63,324 bases of DNA, filler included, from Octopus bimaculoides (GCF_001194135.2; 5 parts of 5 records of this genome joined end to end with filler, not necessarily neighbours in it); one strand, 5' to 3'. Positions 1 through 13,444 are shown, numbered from the whole stretch's first letter. Made by a program: numbers and translations. The notes: generated from the letters alone by a model not told the origin.

Positions 1-185
1 GTGTGTGTGTTTATCTGTCTGTCTGTATGTATGTATGTATGTATGTATGTATGTATGTATGTATGTTTACACTAACAAGTGTCATTGCGCATTCGTGCAT
101 GTATGCATTTTATTGTTTTTGTTTTCGCTTTCATTATTTATGTGGGCATGTGTGCATACAAACACTTGTAATGTCACTGCCTTGT

Positions 186-232
<47 letters not shown>

Positions 233-263
233 TGTATACATACATATAAATACACAGACACGC

Positions 264-342
<79 letters not shown>
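1..342. repeat. Compound microsatellite block (TATG)n/(CA)n/(TG)n
   Basis: Directly visible. It explains the spurious MYVC/HT/CV ORFs. Confidence 0.95.
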
Positions 343-346
<4 letters not shown>

Positions 347-452
347 TAGAGTGTAGATTTTAATTTAAAAATTATTAATCTTAAATCTAAACTGCATTTT
401 GGGTTTGTCCACGGTAGTATGCCGGCAACGCACGTTCACTGCTTATGGCTAC

Positions 453-610
453 CTGGCGTCATCCACAGTAATTGCAGAAACGTCGCTGGATCTACGTTAG
501 GAATTCCACAGTGCATGTTCAGTATAGTGGAAACAATTGATACGGAAAACAGAATATACTGGAAACTTAATTTATCACAGCAGTCGTTTCGACACACCCT
601 GCACCGCTCT
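453..610 (-). CDS. Speculative internal exon, possibly downstream of the 7005-7264 exon
   Basis: Acceptor tttcctacctgcAG and donor CAG|GTAGCC. Only the frame compatible with the phase-2 end of exon 7005-7264 is open (ERCRVCRNDCCDKLSFQYILFSVSIVSTILNMHCGIPNVDPATFLQLLWMTP). No homology recognised. Confidence 0.2.
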
Positions 611-1106
611 CTGCAGGTAGGAAACTATACAATGAATTCCAAACTACCTCACAGTGCAGAGACATCTCTTCAGGCATTTTTCGTTACATAATTGACGTTT
701 TGCTCTTAAGCTTAACTAGAGCATTTTGATGGCAGTCGTATCTATTTCTACTATATATATCAGAAAGAAAGGGATTTAAAAATTCAGGCGCATATCAATA
801 AAGTACACAGTTTCAAAATAATTTTGTTAATAGTATCCAACAATCAAATACCAGTAAATGTAAGTATAATACATATTCAAGATAATTCCTCATGTATGGC
901 AAGTAGATGCAAATATCATTTAGAAGTGTTTCGAGAAATTCAGAGTATTTGACAACAAAAATGCGCATAGAGAAAATTACATCTTTACTGTGGAATTCAC
1001 CTTATAAAGCGAACAATTGTTTCTATTGTGTTAATATATCATGATTGATCATTGACAAAACATTCAATTTTTTTTCTCCGTGTTTTTCTCCTTGTTTTCT
1101 CCGTAT

Positions 1107-1143
1107 TCTTTCTGTTGAAGAGCGTAGCTAGAAACGTTAAAGA
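1107..1143 (+). ncRNA. Degenerate minimal type-I hammerhead-like motif (PLE terminus)
   Basis: TCTTT-CTGTTGA-A-GAGC gta GCTA-GAAA-CG-TT-AAAGA. Stem I TCTTT/AAAGA is perfect, core A6 is replaced by T, and stem II is damaged. Confidence 0.4.
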
Positions 1144-2030
1144 CTTTCTGTATTCCCGAGCGTCAAACTAATACACCCTTTTGTTGTTTACACTACCTGT
1201 CCTCGTTTGTTGTTGTTTTTTCGTAAATTCTCCCTTAATATATATATATATATATATATANNNNNNNNNNNNNNNNNNNNNNNNNNNNNNNNNNNNNNNN
1301 NNNNNNNNNNNNNNNNNNNNNNNNNNNNNNNNNNNNNNNNNNNNNNNNNNNNNNNNNNNNNNNNNNNNNNNNNNNNNNNNNNNNNNNNNNNNNNNNNNNN
1401 NNNNNNNNNNNNNNNNNNNNNNNNNNNNNNNNNNNNNNNNNNNNNNNNNNNNNNNNNNNNNNNNNNNNNNNNNNNNNNNNNNNNNNNNNNNNNNNNNNNN
1501 NNNNNNNNNNNNNNNNNNNNNNNNNNNNNNNNNNNNNNNNNNNNNNNNNNNNNNNNNNNNNNNNNNNNNNNNNNNNNNNNNNNNNNNNNNNNNNNNNNNN
1601 NNNNNNNNNNNNNNNNNNNNNNNNNNNNNNNNNNNNNNNNNNNNNNNNNNNNNNNNNNNNNNNNNNNNNNNNNNNNNNNNNNNNNNNNNNNNNNNNNNNN
1701 NNNNNNNNNNNNNNNNNNNNNNNNNNNNNNNNNNNNNNNNNNNNNNNNNNNNNNNNNNNNNNNNNNNNNNNNNNNNNNNNNNNNNNNNNNNNNNNNNNNN
1801 NNNNNNNNNNNNNNNNNNNNNNNNNNNNNNNNNNNNNNNNNNNNNNNNNNNNNNNNNNNNNNNNNNNNNNNNNNNNNNNNNNNNNNNNNNNNNNNNNNNN
1901 NNNNNNNNNNNNNNNNNNNNNNNNNNNNNNNNNNNNNNNNNNNNNNNNNNNNNNNNNNNNNNNNNNNNNNNNNNNNNNNNNNNNNNNNNNNNNNNNNNNN
2001 NNNNNNNNNNNNNNNNNNNNNNNNNNNNNN

Positions 2031-2068
<38 letters not shown>

Positions 2069-2544
2069 CTATTGTTGGTGCTGCTCTATTGATCCTTCAT
2101 CTGGGATGATAGCACAGTTTGAAACCGTGCCTTTTGTTACGTTTTAGGATATTATATGAATAGTTATTATTTTGGGACTATATTGGTCCCTAAGATCGTT
2201 ACACATTAACTGACATTCCTACCTAAATACTTACAAATACACATACACACATACACACATACACACACACACACTTATTGTATTGTGCACTGTACTATAT
2301 TACACTATATATTTTTGCAACGTAGATCTCGTCAAGAATGACAGTATTTATTTGAGTATAGAATAAATTTTGCCAATAATGTTTGTGGAAGAGTAACAAC
2401 ATAGGTAATGCATTACCTTATATATAAGACTTAGACATCGTTATATCTAAGCAAATAGAAGTAAAAGCAATTAGAGAAAGGGATAAATATATATGTATGT
2501 CTGTTGGCATCTAAATAGATAGATATTCAGACAGACAGATATCC

Positions 2545-2665
2545 TTTCTAATATATGTACAAGGCTTGAAATTTTGGTAGAGTGGCTAGACGATTATATT
2601 GACCCCCAGTGCTCAACTGGTACTTGTTTTGATCAACTCCGAAAGGATGAAACGCAAAGTCAACC
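2545..2665 (-). mobile_element. SINE family A fragment
   Basis: Shares the motif ggtact..atcgaccccgaaaggatgaaaggcaaagtcgacctcggcggaatttgaactc with more than ten other copies in the window. Confidence 0.8.
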
Positions 2666-2789
2666 TCGGCGGATTTGAACTCCGAACATGCAACAATCTT
2701 CCATCTTTTCTCGAATGCCCTTTGCGACAAGCATCTCCTCTCCAGCTTAATTTTCTTTTTCAGGAGGAAAAGGAAAAAGTTAATCAACC

Positions 2790-3445
2790 CAAGGCTGGAG
2801 ATGGAAGATGCCCTTCACAATCCCTTTCACTCACGTCTTCCATACACCTTCCTTCCCTATAGCCACTACACAGAGGAAACAAGCCTGCTATTCCCTGTTC
2901 AGAGAAGTCGGCGGAACAATCTTAATTATAGACTCGAGTGACAGACGGGACAGCAGTTGCTCGACATAAATCCATAGCTCCGAAATCTTCGGACACTGCA
3001 CAATTGCGTGCAGAACAGTTTCACTGATCTGCCCGCATCTTGGGCATGATGGCGTGAATGAAGAACCATGCCTGTAGAGTTTAACCTTAACAGGTAAGGC
3101 TCCTCGGTAATATTGCCATGCCAAGGACTTCTGGTAATTATCCATAGGCCCTGGGCCGAATGTTCTCCGGTACAGGCCAGCAAATTGACCATCATCGAAG
3201 CCCAGGATTTCTCCTAGAGCGTCGTCACACTCGAACTCTACCAACCCTCTATAAAATGACGAGCTGGAACTCCCGCCGCAGGCGCTGCCCGCTTGGGAGA
3301 GGAGCAAGAGTGCCTGACGGCCCTCTGCTTGCGAAGCACTCAACTTCGGTCTACGCTTAATCTATGGGTTCAGTTCACTAAAATAGATGAATCGCGGAAG
3401 CAACAGTCTGACGAACGGAGACCACACCTGCTCACCGTTCATGTA
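2790..3445 (-). mobile_element. L1/Tx1-clade LINE ORF2 3' fragment (zf-RVT)
   Basis: ORF 2888-3343 has AWQYYRGALPV..CPRCGQISETVLHAIVQCP, the C-terminal CCHC finger of L1/Tx1 ORF2. Confidence 0.8.
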
Positions 3446-3990
3446 GNNNNNNNNNNNNNNNNNNNNNNNNNNNNNNNNNNNNNNNNNNNNNNNNNNNNNN
3501 NNNNNNNNNNNNNNNNNNNNNNNNNNNNNNNNNNNNNNNNNNNNNNNNNNNNNNNNNNNNNNNNNNNNNNNNNNNNNNNNNNNNNNNNNNNNNNNNNNNN
3601 NNNNNNNNNNNNNNNNNNNNNNNNNNNNNNNNNNNNNNNNNNNNNNNNNNNNNNNNNNNNNNNNNNNNNNNNNNNNNNNNNNNNNNNNNNNNNNNNNNNN
3701 NNNNNNNNNNNNNNNNNNNNNNNNNNNNNNNNNNNNNNNNNNNNNNNNNNNNNNNNNNNNNNNNNNNNNNNNNNNNNNNNNNNNNNNNNNNNNNNNNNNN
3801 NNNNNNNNNNNNNNNNNNNNNNNNNNNNNNNNNNNNNNNNNNNNNNNNNNNNNNNNNNNNNNNNNNNNNNNNNNNNNNNNNNNNNNNNNNNNNNNNNNNN
3901 NNNNNNNNNNNNNNNNNNNNNNNNNNNNNNNNNNNNNNNNNNNNNNNNNNNNNNNNNNNNNNNNNNNNNNNNNNNNNNNNNNNNNNNNNN

Positions 3991-4029
<39 letters not shown>

Positions 4030-5049
4030 GGAAGGGACATAGAAAGAGTGAGTATGTATACATACACACACACACATACACACACACAGAGCTTTAAAGC
4101 AATTGGTTTAGATAATACAACAAATTCACGAATTCTCCCTATTTTCGATAGGATTAAGCAGGTAAGATATTTGTCTTTTATATTTACATTCCTTACAGTT
4201 TAAACTATATGACATATGGTCATGTACTAATGAATGCCAGTTCGACATTGCTTTATCAACAGCGCTAAAAGTTACACCAATTTTTCTGGGAAGAATTCCT
4301 TATGAGTATAAAATAAATAGCTTCGCACCTCAATTCTTGGAAAACTGATTTATTAACCACTACCAAACCGACCAATTATCTTCGCAACATGTCTTGTCTT
4401 CTTCAATGTTACGTATTCCTGCAGAGAAGTAATACGCAAAACGGCAGCAATAAGGCGTCTTCAGCTTCAGAATTGCAATTCTTACACACTGCATATAAAT
4501 ACATTACCGTCATTACAACAGTTGTCACTTTATATTTACTATGATAAAGCAAGGACGGAGTCAGTAGTCGAAGTTACACTACAGCCACCTTAATGTAACA
4601 CGTACGATCTAATGTACTTCTATCTCTGTATTGAGATAACCTTGACTCTCAGTCCCTTCTTATACATCTTTTCTGAATCTCTCCACCAAATCTCATACAC
4701 TCGTAAGTATACATACATATATATATATGTATATATGTATATATANNNNNNNNNNNNNNNNNNNNNNNNNNNNNNNNNNNNNNNNNNNNNNNNNNNNNNN
4801 NNNNNNNNNNNNNNNNNNNNNNNNNNNNNNNNNNNNNNNNNNNNNNNNNNNNNNNNNNNNNNNNNNNNNNNNNNNNNNNNNNNNNNNNNNNNNNNNNNNN
4901 NNNNNNNNNNNNNNNNNNNNNNNNNNNNNNNNNNNNNNNNNNNNNNNNNNNNNNNNNNNNNNNNNNNNNNNNNNNNNNNNNNNNNNNNNNNNNNNNNNNN
5001 NNNNNNNNNNNNNNNNNNNNNNNNNNNTATATATATACATATATATCTT

Positions 5050-5081
<32 letters not shown>

Positions 5082-5097
5082 TGTGTATACATATATA

Positions 5098-5505
5098 GGC
5101 GCAGGCATAGCTATGTAGTAAGGAGCTTGCTTCCCAGCCACATGGTTCCGGGTTCAGTCCCACAACGTGCAATCTTGGGCAAGTGTCTTCTACTATTGCC
5201 TCGTGTCGATCAATGCCTTGTGAATGGATCTGGTAGACAGAAACTGAAAGAAGACCGTCTTGTGTATGTGTGTGTGTGTGTGCGTGCGTGCGTGCGTAGT
5301 TGCTTGCGTCTTTGTGTCTGTGTTTGTTCTCCACTGTCGCTTGACAACAGTAACTTAGCAGTTCGGCAAAAAAATCCGATTGAATAAGTACAAGGCTTGA
5401 AAAAATAATAAGTCCTAAGGTCGATTTGTTCGACTAAAACTTTTCAAGGTGGTTCCCCACCATGGCCGCAGTCAAATTACTGAAACAAGTAAAAGAAAAA
5501 AGAAG
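5098..5505 (+). mobile_element. SINE family B (tRNA head, CORE-like, internal microsatellite), near full length
   Basis: tRNA-like head with gggttcagtccc B box, CORE-like cttgggcaagtgtctt, central (GT)n, tail gaaacaagtaaaaga. Resembles octopus OR-type CORE-SINEs (inference). Confidence 0.8.
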
Positions 5506-5517
5506 ATACATATGCAA

Positions 5518-5586
<69 letters not shown>

Positions 5587-5684
5587 ACAGTTTGACACCA
5601 GCATCTGACTCTCTCGCTACTGAAACTAGTCGTACTTGCGTATTTTTTTACGGAAACACACAGCACGAAACGATAAATGAAGAG

Positions 5685-6460
5685 GGTCAATAAGATCCCT
5701 TTCACACTGGGGTCGATGTAAATGACTAACTCTCTTCCCAGAAATTGCTGGCCTTGCGCCAAAATTTGAAACCAATATTAAATGAGAGTCACAATGCAGT
5801 GAGGGGGCAGAATCGTTGGCACGCTGGCCAAAATGCTTCGCAGCATCTCGTCCATGTTCATGTTCTGAATTCAAATTTCGCAAAGATCGACTTTACATTT
5901 CATTCTTGCGGGGTCGATAAAATAAGTACCAGTTGAGCACTGGGGTTGATATAATCGACTTATCCCCTTATCCGAAGTTACTGGCCTTGTGCCAAAATTT
6001 GAAACCAATATTAACTGGGAGACAAATACTAAAGGAACTGTTTAGGTGCATCTATCGTCCCCCTCCTATCTCTTTGTTCACAGTACCATGTAAAAGTCTT
6101 CACCGGTCATTTAGAGAAGCACTGTTCTGAAGCAAGGAAGTTGACATAATGTTGAGTGGTGGCCACTTGTATTTCAGAAGTTTTTGAAGTAAGAATGTCC
6201 AAATGTTAATAATTATTAGGTAAACAAAACAGAACAAATTGGGTTTGTTTGTTATTAATATCATTTTCCGAAGACAGTGAGCTGACAGAATCGTTAGCAC
6301 GTTGGACAAAACGCTTAGCGGCATTTCGTCCGTCTTAGCGTTCTGAGTTCAAATTCCGCCGAAGTCGACTTCACCTTTCATCCTTTCGGAGCACTGGGGT
6401 TTATGTAATTGACTTGCCCTTTCCCACGAAATTGCTGCCCTTGTGCCAGAATTTGAAATC
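5685..6460 (+). mobile_element. Cluster of SINE family A copies and fragments
   Basis: Repeated cagaatcgttagcacg...gtcgactt..cctttcatcc...ggcc/gcccttgtgccaaaatttgaaac units. Confidence 0.8.
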
Positions 6461-6624
6461 GAATAAACTTGAAAACGAATAAACTTAATATTATAAATAA
6501 CTTCTTGTTAGCTACGACAACACTTACAACGTCGACAATAATAATTGGCTTCGAAATGTGAATAAGTAAATCAACAAAACTGGATATATGCTACATGTGA
6601 ATGTAAATTTCTTTCAAATTTTAA

Positions 6625-6830
6625 CACAAGCCCAGTAATTTTGAGGGGAGGGGTAAGTCCGTTACACTGACTCCAGTACTTGACTGGTACTTATTTTATC
6701 GACTCCGAACAGATGAAAGGTAAGGTAAAGTCGACCTCAGCGTGATTAAAAGTCAGAACATAAAGCCGGATGAATTATTACAAAGCAGATTATCCAGCGT
6801 GGTAACAATTCTTCCCACTCGCCGTCCTGT
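6625..6830 (-). mobile_element. SINE family A copy
   Basis: Reverse-orientation family A consensus. Confidence 0.75.
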
Positions 6831-7004
6831 CTAAAAAATGTAAATTATAAATAGTAAACAAAAAAAGCATATTTTCATAATGTTTATAATTCTGTTTCAA
6901 TTTTTATCCATGTAAATATTACATATAATCAGAGTCGGTCAGGAACAAAACAAATTCGAATCAGAATATAACATCTAAACAGCAACCAATCACAGAACAC
7001 TTAC

Positions 7005-7264
7005 CTGATGACTTCTTTGTTTGTTGTCCATAAATTCAAAGATGGTCTTTCAGAAACGACAGATGGAGATTTACAATCCAGCGTTTCGGGAACTTGAAGT
7101 TCACTGGCAATTTTATTATTTTCCCCTTCAACATTATTTTCCACCGAACTACGACCTAATTGAGCATCTTGAGAGCTTTCTGTTACTAAACCAGGTTCTT
7201 CCGTCTTCTGATCTAATAAAGGGCTTGACGTAGTATCTGTTACCAAACTTTCTGTGTCAGCCAT
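7005..7264 (-). CDS. Coding exon of an unrecognised protein (acidic/Ser-rich, disordered-looking N-terminus)
   Basis: ATG at 7264 in aagATGG context, 86 codons of natural composition (MADTESLVTD...LWTTNKEVIR), ending at a consensus donor CAG|GTAAGT (phase 2). Confidence 0.6.
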
Positions 7265-7533
7265 CTTAAATCAAAATGGCAGTGATGTTTATTTTCCGGG
7301 GGGCTTTTTATTGCAATTCTTTTCCTTTCTTTCTTACTTCACTGTTTGTTGGGTTGAGTCTTTTATGTTGTTGTTGTTGTTTCTTTCTCTTTTTCCTTGT
7401 TCACTTTTTACAATCTTGTAATGGAAAATAGAATTTGCCAGTGGCTTGGTTTGCAAGAAATTGTTTTATTTCCTTCCACCTTTCGAATAATATTTTGTAC
7501 TGAGAGGTAGAAATTTTTTTTTCACAAACTTAC

Positions 7534-7617
7534 AAGTGACACCGTGCGCTCAGTGTCTGTGTTGCTTTCTTCTTTCTCCTCGTGTGGCTGTACATGTATA
7601 TGTGTACTCTGTGACAT
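7534..7617 (-). CDS. Possible upstream in-frame mini-exon (MSQSTHIHVQPHEEKEESNTDTERTVSL)
   Basis: Donor CTT|GTAAGT at 7534/7533. A phase-0 splice to tttaAG|ATG at 7264 would give a 269-nt intron and keep the frame. Confidence 0.25.
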
Positions 7618-7690
7618 CTTGTGATGATATCGTTCGATATATCTTGTGATGAGAAAAGAGAGTTTCTTCACACAAACTTGCAGGTGTCCG

Positions 7691-7693
<3 letters not shown>

Positions 7694-7783
<90 letters not shown>

Positions 7784-7998
7784 CTCTCTTTCTCTCTCTC
7801 TCTCTTTCTCGCTTTCTTTCTCTCTCCCCTCCCCTTCTCTCTCTCTCTCCATCGTTTTCCCTCTCCCTGTTTATATATTTATCATCTTTTGTCATAGCAA
7901 CTGTCTAACTAACCTACCAACCGTGTCTGTGTTTCATGTAGAACTATTTTAAGTCTCATTCCTCTCCTACTCTCAGTCTCCGTCACTGTTTTTGGCTG

Positions 7999-8032
<34 letters not shown>

Positions 8033-8515
8033 TGTACGTGTTTCTATATGCATATACATGTATGTGTGCGTGCATGAAAATATGTGTGTGTATGCATAGA
8101 CATGTTTGTGTGTGTGTGCTTTGTATCTGTTTTTTTCTCATCCAAGAGAAATAACTACACAGTCATATTTCACTTGTTTTATCTCAAATCCACCCGTCTG
8201 TTGCTTTTTGCTTCCCCTCCACCATTTCATTATCTTTCGACAGATGTGGGTGGGTGGGTTTGGTGGTGGTGCATGTGCGCGTGTACAATGTTTTGGTTTA
8301 TTCGCTATATTCTTTGTGTATGTATGGCTCATGTCCACTTTACCTCTTATGCTTTCCCCGATTTCCTTTGCAGTCTCTCTTTCAAATATTACATTACATT
8401 TTCCTTTTCCTTCTCTCTCTCTCTCACCGCCTCCACCATTCTCTATCTTTCCATCTATGTAACTATCTATCGCTTCCTCTTTCTCTTTTTCTCTCTTCCC
8501 TATTTTCCCTCTCTC

Positions 8516-8549
<34 letters not shown>

Positions 8550-9257
8550 CCTCTTTCTTTCCCTTTTCATCGTCTCTTCTCTATCTTCCCATTTGTATCT
8601 CTCTTTCTCTCTCTTCCTCTCTCATGCTTCCATTCGGCCACATTCTATTTCTCTCCATAACCAACCTGTAATATATGCAACTCTTGCCACATTAACCACA
8701 AACCGTTCTAAACGTTGTATCATAAATTATTCATTTCCTCATTAAATACTAACAGTTTTTCTTTCTCTTATTTTCCTTTTTATGTTTTTAATACGAGATC
8801 CCTCTAGACTCTTTCCCCGCTTCCTTGATGCACACCACACACCTGCCATTTGGTAGATGTTCTCGTTTCGTTCGACTCCTTTCCCCAGCCAAAGCCCTGC
8901 CACTCGCTGTTCTGTTCCTCACGCGGATTAATGCATGTGTCCACTCCATTGACTCTTTAATGAACTGTTAATTTCGAGGAAATGATAAATGTGTTGTTTA
9001 AATGTGATCAAAGATTGAATAGTGGGTGGGGGGGCATTTGGTTTGGGGAGGAAAAAGCGGAATCAGAAACAGAGAGACAGACAGACAGACAGACAAGACA
9101 GACAAGACACACAGAGAGAGTGGTGGAAGTGGAGTAGAAGGAAGAGAATGGAAAGAAGAAGAAGAAGAAGAAGAAGAAGAAGAAGAAGAAGAAGAAGAAG
9201 AAGAAGAAGAAGAAGAAGAAGAAGAAGAAGAAGAAGAAGAAGAGGACGACGACGATA

Positions 9258-9292
<35 letters not shown>

Positions 9293-9345
9293 GATGATAC
9301 GCATACGTGGTGGTGGCGGCGGCGGCGGTGGTGGTGGTGATGGTG
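7694..9345. repeat. Low-complexity region: (CT)n, (TATG)n, (GACA)n, (GAA)n, (GAT)n, (GGT)n
   Basis: Directly visible simple repeats. Confidence 0.9.
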
Positions 9346-10329
9346 GCGAGAGAGAGATAGAGATAATAGTGAGAGTTAAGAAAAACTTTGAAGCCGAATT
9401 TAAGTCTTTACAATGAGCTTTCAATGGATCCTTATCATTAGGTTAATGTATTCATTATTGTGTATTATGTCGTGGAGAAAAAGAGAGGCCCAGCGTTTCG
9501 GACATTTGTCAATTGTCGAAAAGAGATAGAGAGAAATACAAATCTTTTCGCTCGGCTGTATAAATTGTAGATGAGAAAATGAAGTTGAGAAAAGGTCTCG
9601 AGAGCGAAATGTGGAAACTGAATGAGAAAGTTAGTGTGAGCTAATGAGTTGTGTGGGCGGTGATGAGTAATGAAGACGTTAAACAATGGAGGTGAATGGA
9701 AAATGTGGTGAAAAGGTGATCAAAGTAGTTGTAAGATACCCTCTCTCTCTCTTATCTTAGAAGAGAGAAGAGAAAGAGATGGTTGAACACGCTAAGGAGG
9801 ATAAAAACAAAGACACATTATACGATAAAACGAAGAGTGAGCGACCCGGCAATAATGGTTCTAAGCAATGAATAAATAAAAGTTCGTAAGAGAAAAATAA
9901 AACTAAATAATTGATAGTTCGAAGTTGAAAAAGCTTGATGCCATTATGAGCAGATATCTCCCACGTTTTACTTCTTCCCACATAGTACAACTCCTACACT
10001 ACTCACACCACTAAACAACACTACTACACACTCCACCCACCACACAACAAACCCACACCTCCCACTCTGTACAAACCAACTCCCACACTGCACTAGCCTT
10101 AGAGGACTTTGCAAGTATAGGCCCCACTGAAGAATCCATACATATTCTTACCTATGAGTGTATAGATTGCTTCGTGTGCAACTGAAGTTAGCACTTCATT
10201 TGTAATATCAGTTATGCAAGGCAACAAGCAGTAAATATGTGCCTATAAATACTGGATGTTCGTGTTGGGTGTTTATCCAATTTTCAAATTTACTAAAGCC
10301 CAAGAGGATGTAAGTCAATTATATTGAAC

Positions 10330-10480
10330 CAAGTCTTCAAACTGGTACTTATTTTATTGACCCTGAAAGGATGAAAGGCAAAGTCGACCTCGAAGGAATT
10401 TGAACTCAGAACGTAAAGACGGGCGAAATGCTGCTAAGCAATTTCGCCCGACATGCAAACGATTCTGCCAGCTCGACGCC
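10330..10480 (-). mobile_element. SINE family A copy
   Basis: ggtacttattttattgaccctgaaaggatgaaaggcaaagtcgacctc...gattctgccagctcg. Confidence 0.8.
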
Positions 10481-10689
10481 TTTACAACATGTCTAATACT
10501 GATTTCAAATTTTGACACAAGGCCAGCAACATGTCTGATATTAATTGTATTACAAGAATGTTCATAAAGATGCTTTCTGCTTTCATACAGAAAATACGGC
10601 CAAATTTGTCACTCTCCCGTATGTTTTCTACGAATCTTTCTGATGAGCGTATACGCTATCCTTCTCCTGTAAATTTCTTCCATCTAGAT

Positions 10690-10947
10690 CAGTGGTTCCA
10701 AACCATTTTTTACCTATGGACACCTTTGATACCTGTTTTATTCTACTGAACTCTAATAAGCATTGGATGATTTAAAAAGTCCCATTATATTTTTATGATT
10801 AATCATTATTAAGAATTGTATAAAAAAAATTGTTAAAATATGTTTTGTGTATTGTAGAAGTTTAACCAATTTATTGCAGATAAATTTTAACAGTAAAATT
10901 TTATGTGGAGCCCCAAGTGTCATGGGAACTCTGGTTGAGAACCATTG
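10690..10947. mobile_element. hAT (Charlie-type) MITE
   Basis: TIRs CAGTGGTTCCAAACC / GGTTGAGAACCATTG. Flanks atctagat / ttctggct match at 5 of 8 positions and fit the NTCTAGAN Charlie target. Confidence 0.7.
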
Positions 10948-11817
10948 TTCTGGCTGTTTAGCGATCCAGTCAAATTTTCGATCAGAATGGGTTATTTTAT
11001 TTGTGAGTTTTTACGACACCATAGATATGTACTTGCAAACGCTCCTTCAACGTGAAACGGAATGCAACCCATTTAAGTGTTTTGCATCGGTAATTAATTT
11101 ATCAAGTTCTATGTTCAATTGCGCAGTGTTTATATCTTTTTATACTACCTTCACACCGAAATAAATATCTTGGAATTAACGGCTAAAGAAGTGTATATCT
11201 GGCGATGATGATATCATCACTAATAGCATTCTACCCATGGCCCTTACAGCCTACAATAAAACGCAGTTCAAAATAGAACATTAAAACCAAATTCAATCCG
11301 AAAGTAAGAGAGAGGAGTACTAGAAACATTGATATATCTAGGAATGTTATTACTCCAAAATAAGCTCAAAGGATAATATAAAAATATGAAAACCATTAAT
11401 AAATAGATTAAACGCAAATACAGTCCTATCTTTGAAACTTCAATGTTCTAAAAAAAAATTTTTTTCTAATTTGTGTGTGTGTGTCTGTACTGATATTGAT
11501 ATATTGTCAACAACCGGAAATTACAACATCACGACAGTGTCTACCACAAAACCACCTCAACCAATAAATGTTAAAATCTTATCGCGATACTTAGCGTCCT
11601 GCACATTGGCACAAAGAAATAAAATGATAGAATAAATCTATGATCGATCTAAATAACTTGGTATAATTATCATGTTGTCAGTGATAGCTGAATAAAGATA
11701 AGCAAGTCCGGAATTATTAACGAGAGATAAATTCAAACACTTTCAGGTATTTAACACAAGTTTCTACTGGTTTCGATCGGTGGATGCTGGGTCAAGAAGT
11801 TGGGCTACAGGAGAGTT

Positions 11818-12245
11818 AAGGCGGCGAATTGGCAGAAACGTTAGGACGCCAGACCAAAAGTGCATAGCGGCATTTCGTCTGTCTTCATGTTTCGCCGAGG
11901 TCGACTTTACCTTTTATTCTTCCGGGGTCGATAAAATAACTGCCAGTTAAGCACTGGGGCCGATGTAATCGACTTGTCCCCGTCCCAAAATCGCTGGCCT
12001 TGAGCCAAAATTTGAAACCAGTATCTATATAAACATTAAGGCGGAGAACTAACAGAGTCGTTACTGCGCAGGGCAAAATGCTTAGCGGCATTTCGTCCGT
12101 CTTTATGTTCTAAATACAAATGCAACCGAGGTTGACTTTGCCTTTCATCCCTCGGAATCGATAAAATAGGTACCAGTGGAGAACTGAGGATCAACGTAAT
12201 CGATTCCTCGTCCAAAACTGCTGACCTTGTGCTAAAATTTGAAAT
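11818..12245 (+). mobile_element. Two tandem SINE family A copies
   Basis: Head aaggcgg..cagaa..gttag occurs twice, each followed by the family A body. Confidence 0.8.
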
Positions 12246-13375
12246 CAATATATGTGCGAGTATTTGTCCGTTGAAACAATAGGTTTCTTGAAGCATGACC
12301 TGTTGTGGTGATAGTGTGTTAATATAGAAGAGAGGCGTTATAAAATGTGTTGGAACCAGTTATATCAAATGTGATGGAGCATTAAGCTTCAGAAAGAAAG
12401 AAGAAGAAAAAAACAAAACTAAGATAACCATTTCTTTCGTGACCAGCTATTTGATTAAATATTAAAAAGGTCCACATATTCACTCATTCGTGGATGTGGA
12501 TGTGAGTGTAGGATTGTGTATGTGTGTATGCGCGTGTGTGTATAAGTGTGTATTAAGTGTGTATTATGCTTGCATGCGCGTAGTGTTTCGTGTGTGTTTA
12601 TGTGTATTATACATGTTAGTGTGTGGTTTTGTGAATGTGTGTATCATGCATGTGTGAATGTGTACTATGCATGAGTGTTTGTGGTTTTGTGTGTGTGTGT
12701 GTGTGTGTATGTGTGTGTGTGGCTTTGTGTTTGTGGTTTTGTGTGCATTATACGCGTATGTGTGTAGTTTTGTATTTGCGTGTATTATGGATGTTCGTTT
12801 GCGAGTGCATGTGTGCGTTACTAAGGCGCCATTGAAGTTTCAGAGAGTGATTGCAAATAAACAACATTACTAACCCTAACTACTCTCCGCATAACAACAA
12901 CAACAACAACGGTGTCGACGACGATACCACCACCAACAACAACAACATCAACAACATGAACTGTGTCAATCCTATACTGGACCCTCAATGTCTCCTCTGC
13001 AAACCACGATAAATTACAAAGAAACGCCAGATAATGAAGCATAAACTAAATTAAAATGAACGACCACTAAAAAGGACATGTGAGGGGCACGAATTGTTGT
13101 CGCAGTATATTTCAACTGCTTCCATGTATTATTTTTTTCTTTATTCTTTTATTCGTTTCAATAAAAGGACTTCGTCATGCTAGGGCATCAACTAGTAGGG
13201 TTAGCCGAAACAAACGGAACCCCAGGATTTACTTTAAGTTTCCTAAATTTCTGTTGTCTTTTCGAAGGAGGTATTGAACTGCTATGTAATGAGGTCGGAA
13301 AAAATCTAACACCAGTTTTCAAGTGATGGTGGGTGACGAACACTAACTCAAAGGCGCACGCATACGGCACATACA

Positions 13376-13444
<69 letters not shown>

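Noticed and set aside
10126-10190. CTGAAGA motif after an AC-rich tract
   Set aside because: No GAAA or consistent stem I could be placed. Too degenerate to call.
12868-12882. TAACCCTAAC telomere-like motif
   Set aside because: Fewer than two full units.
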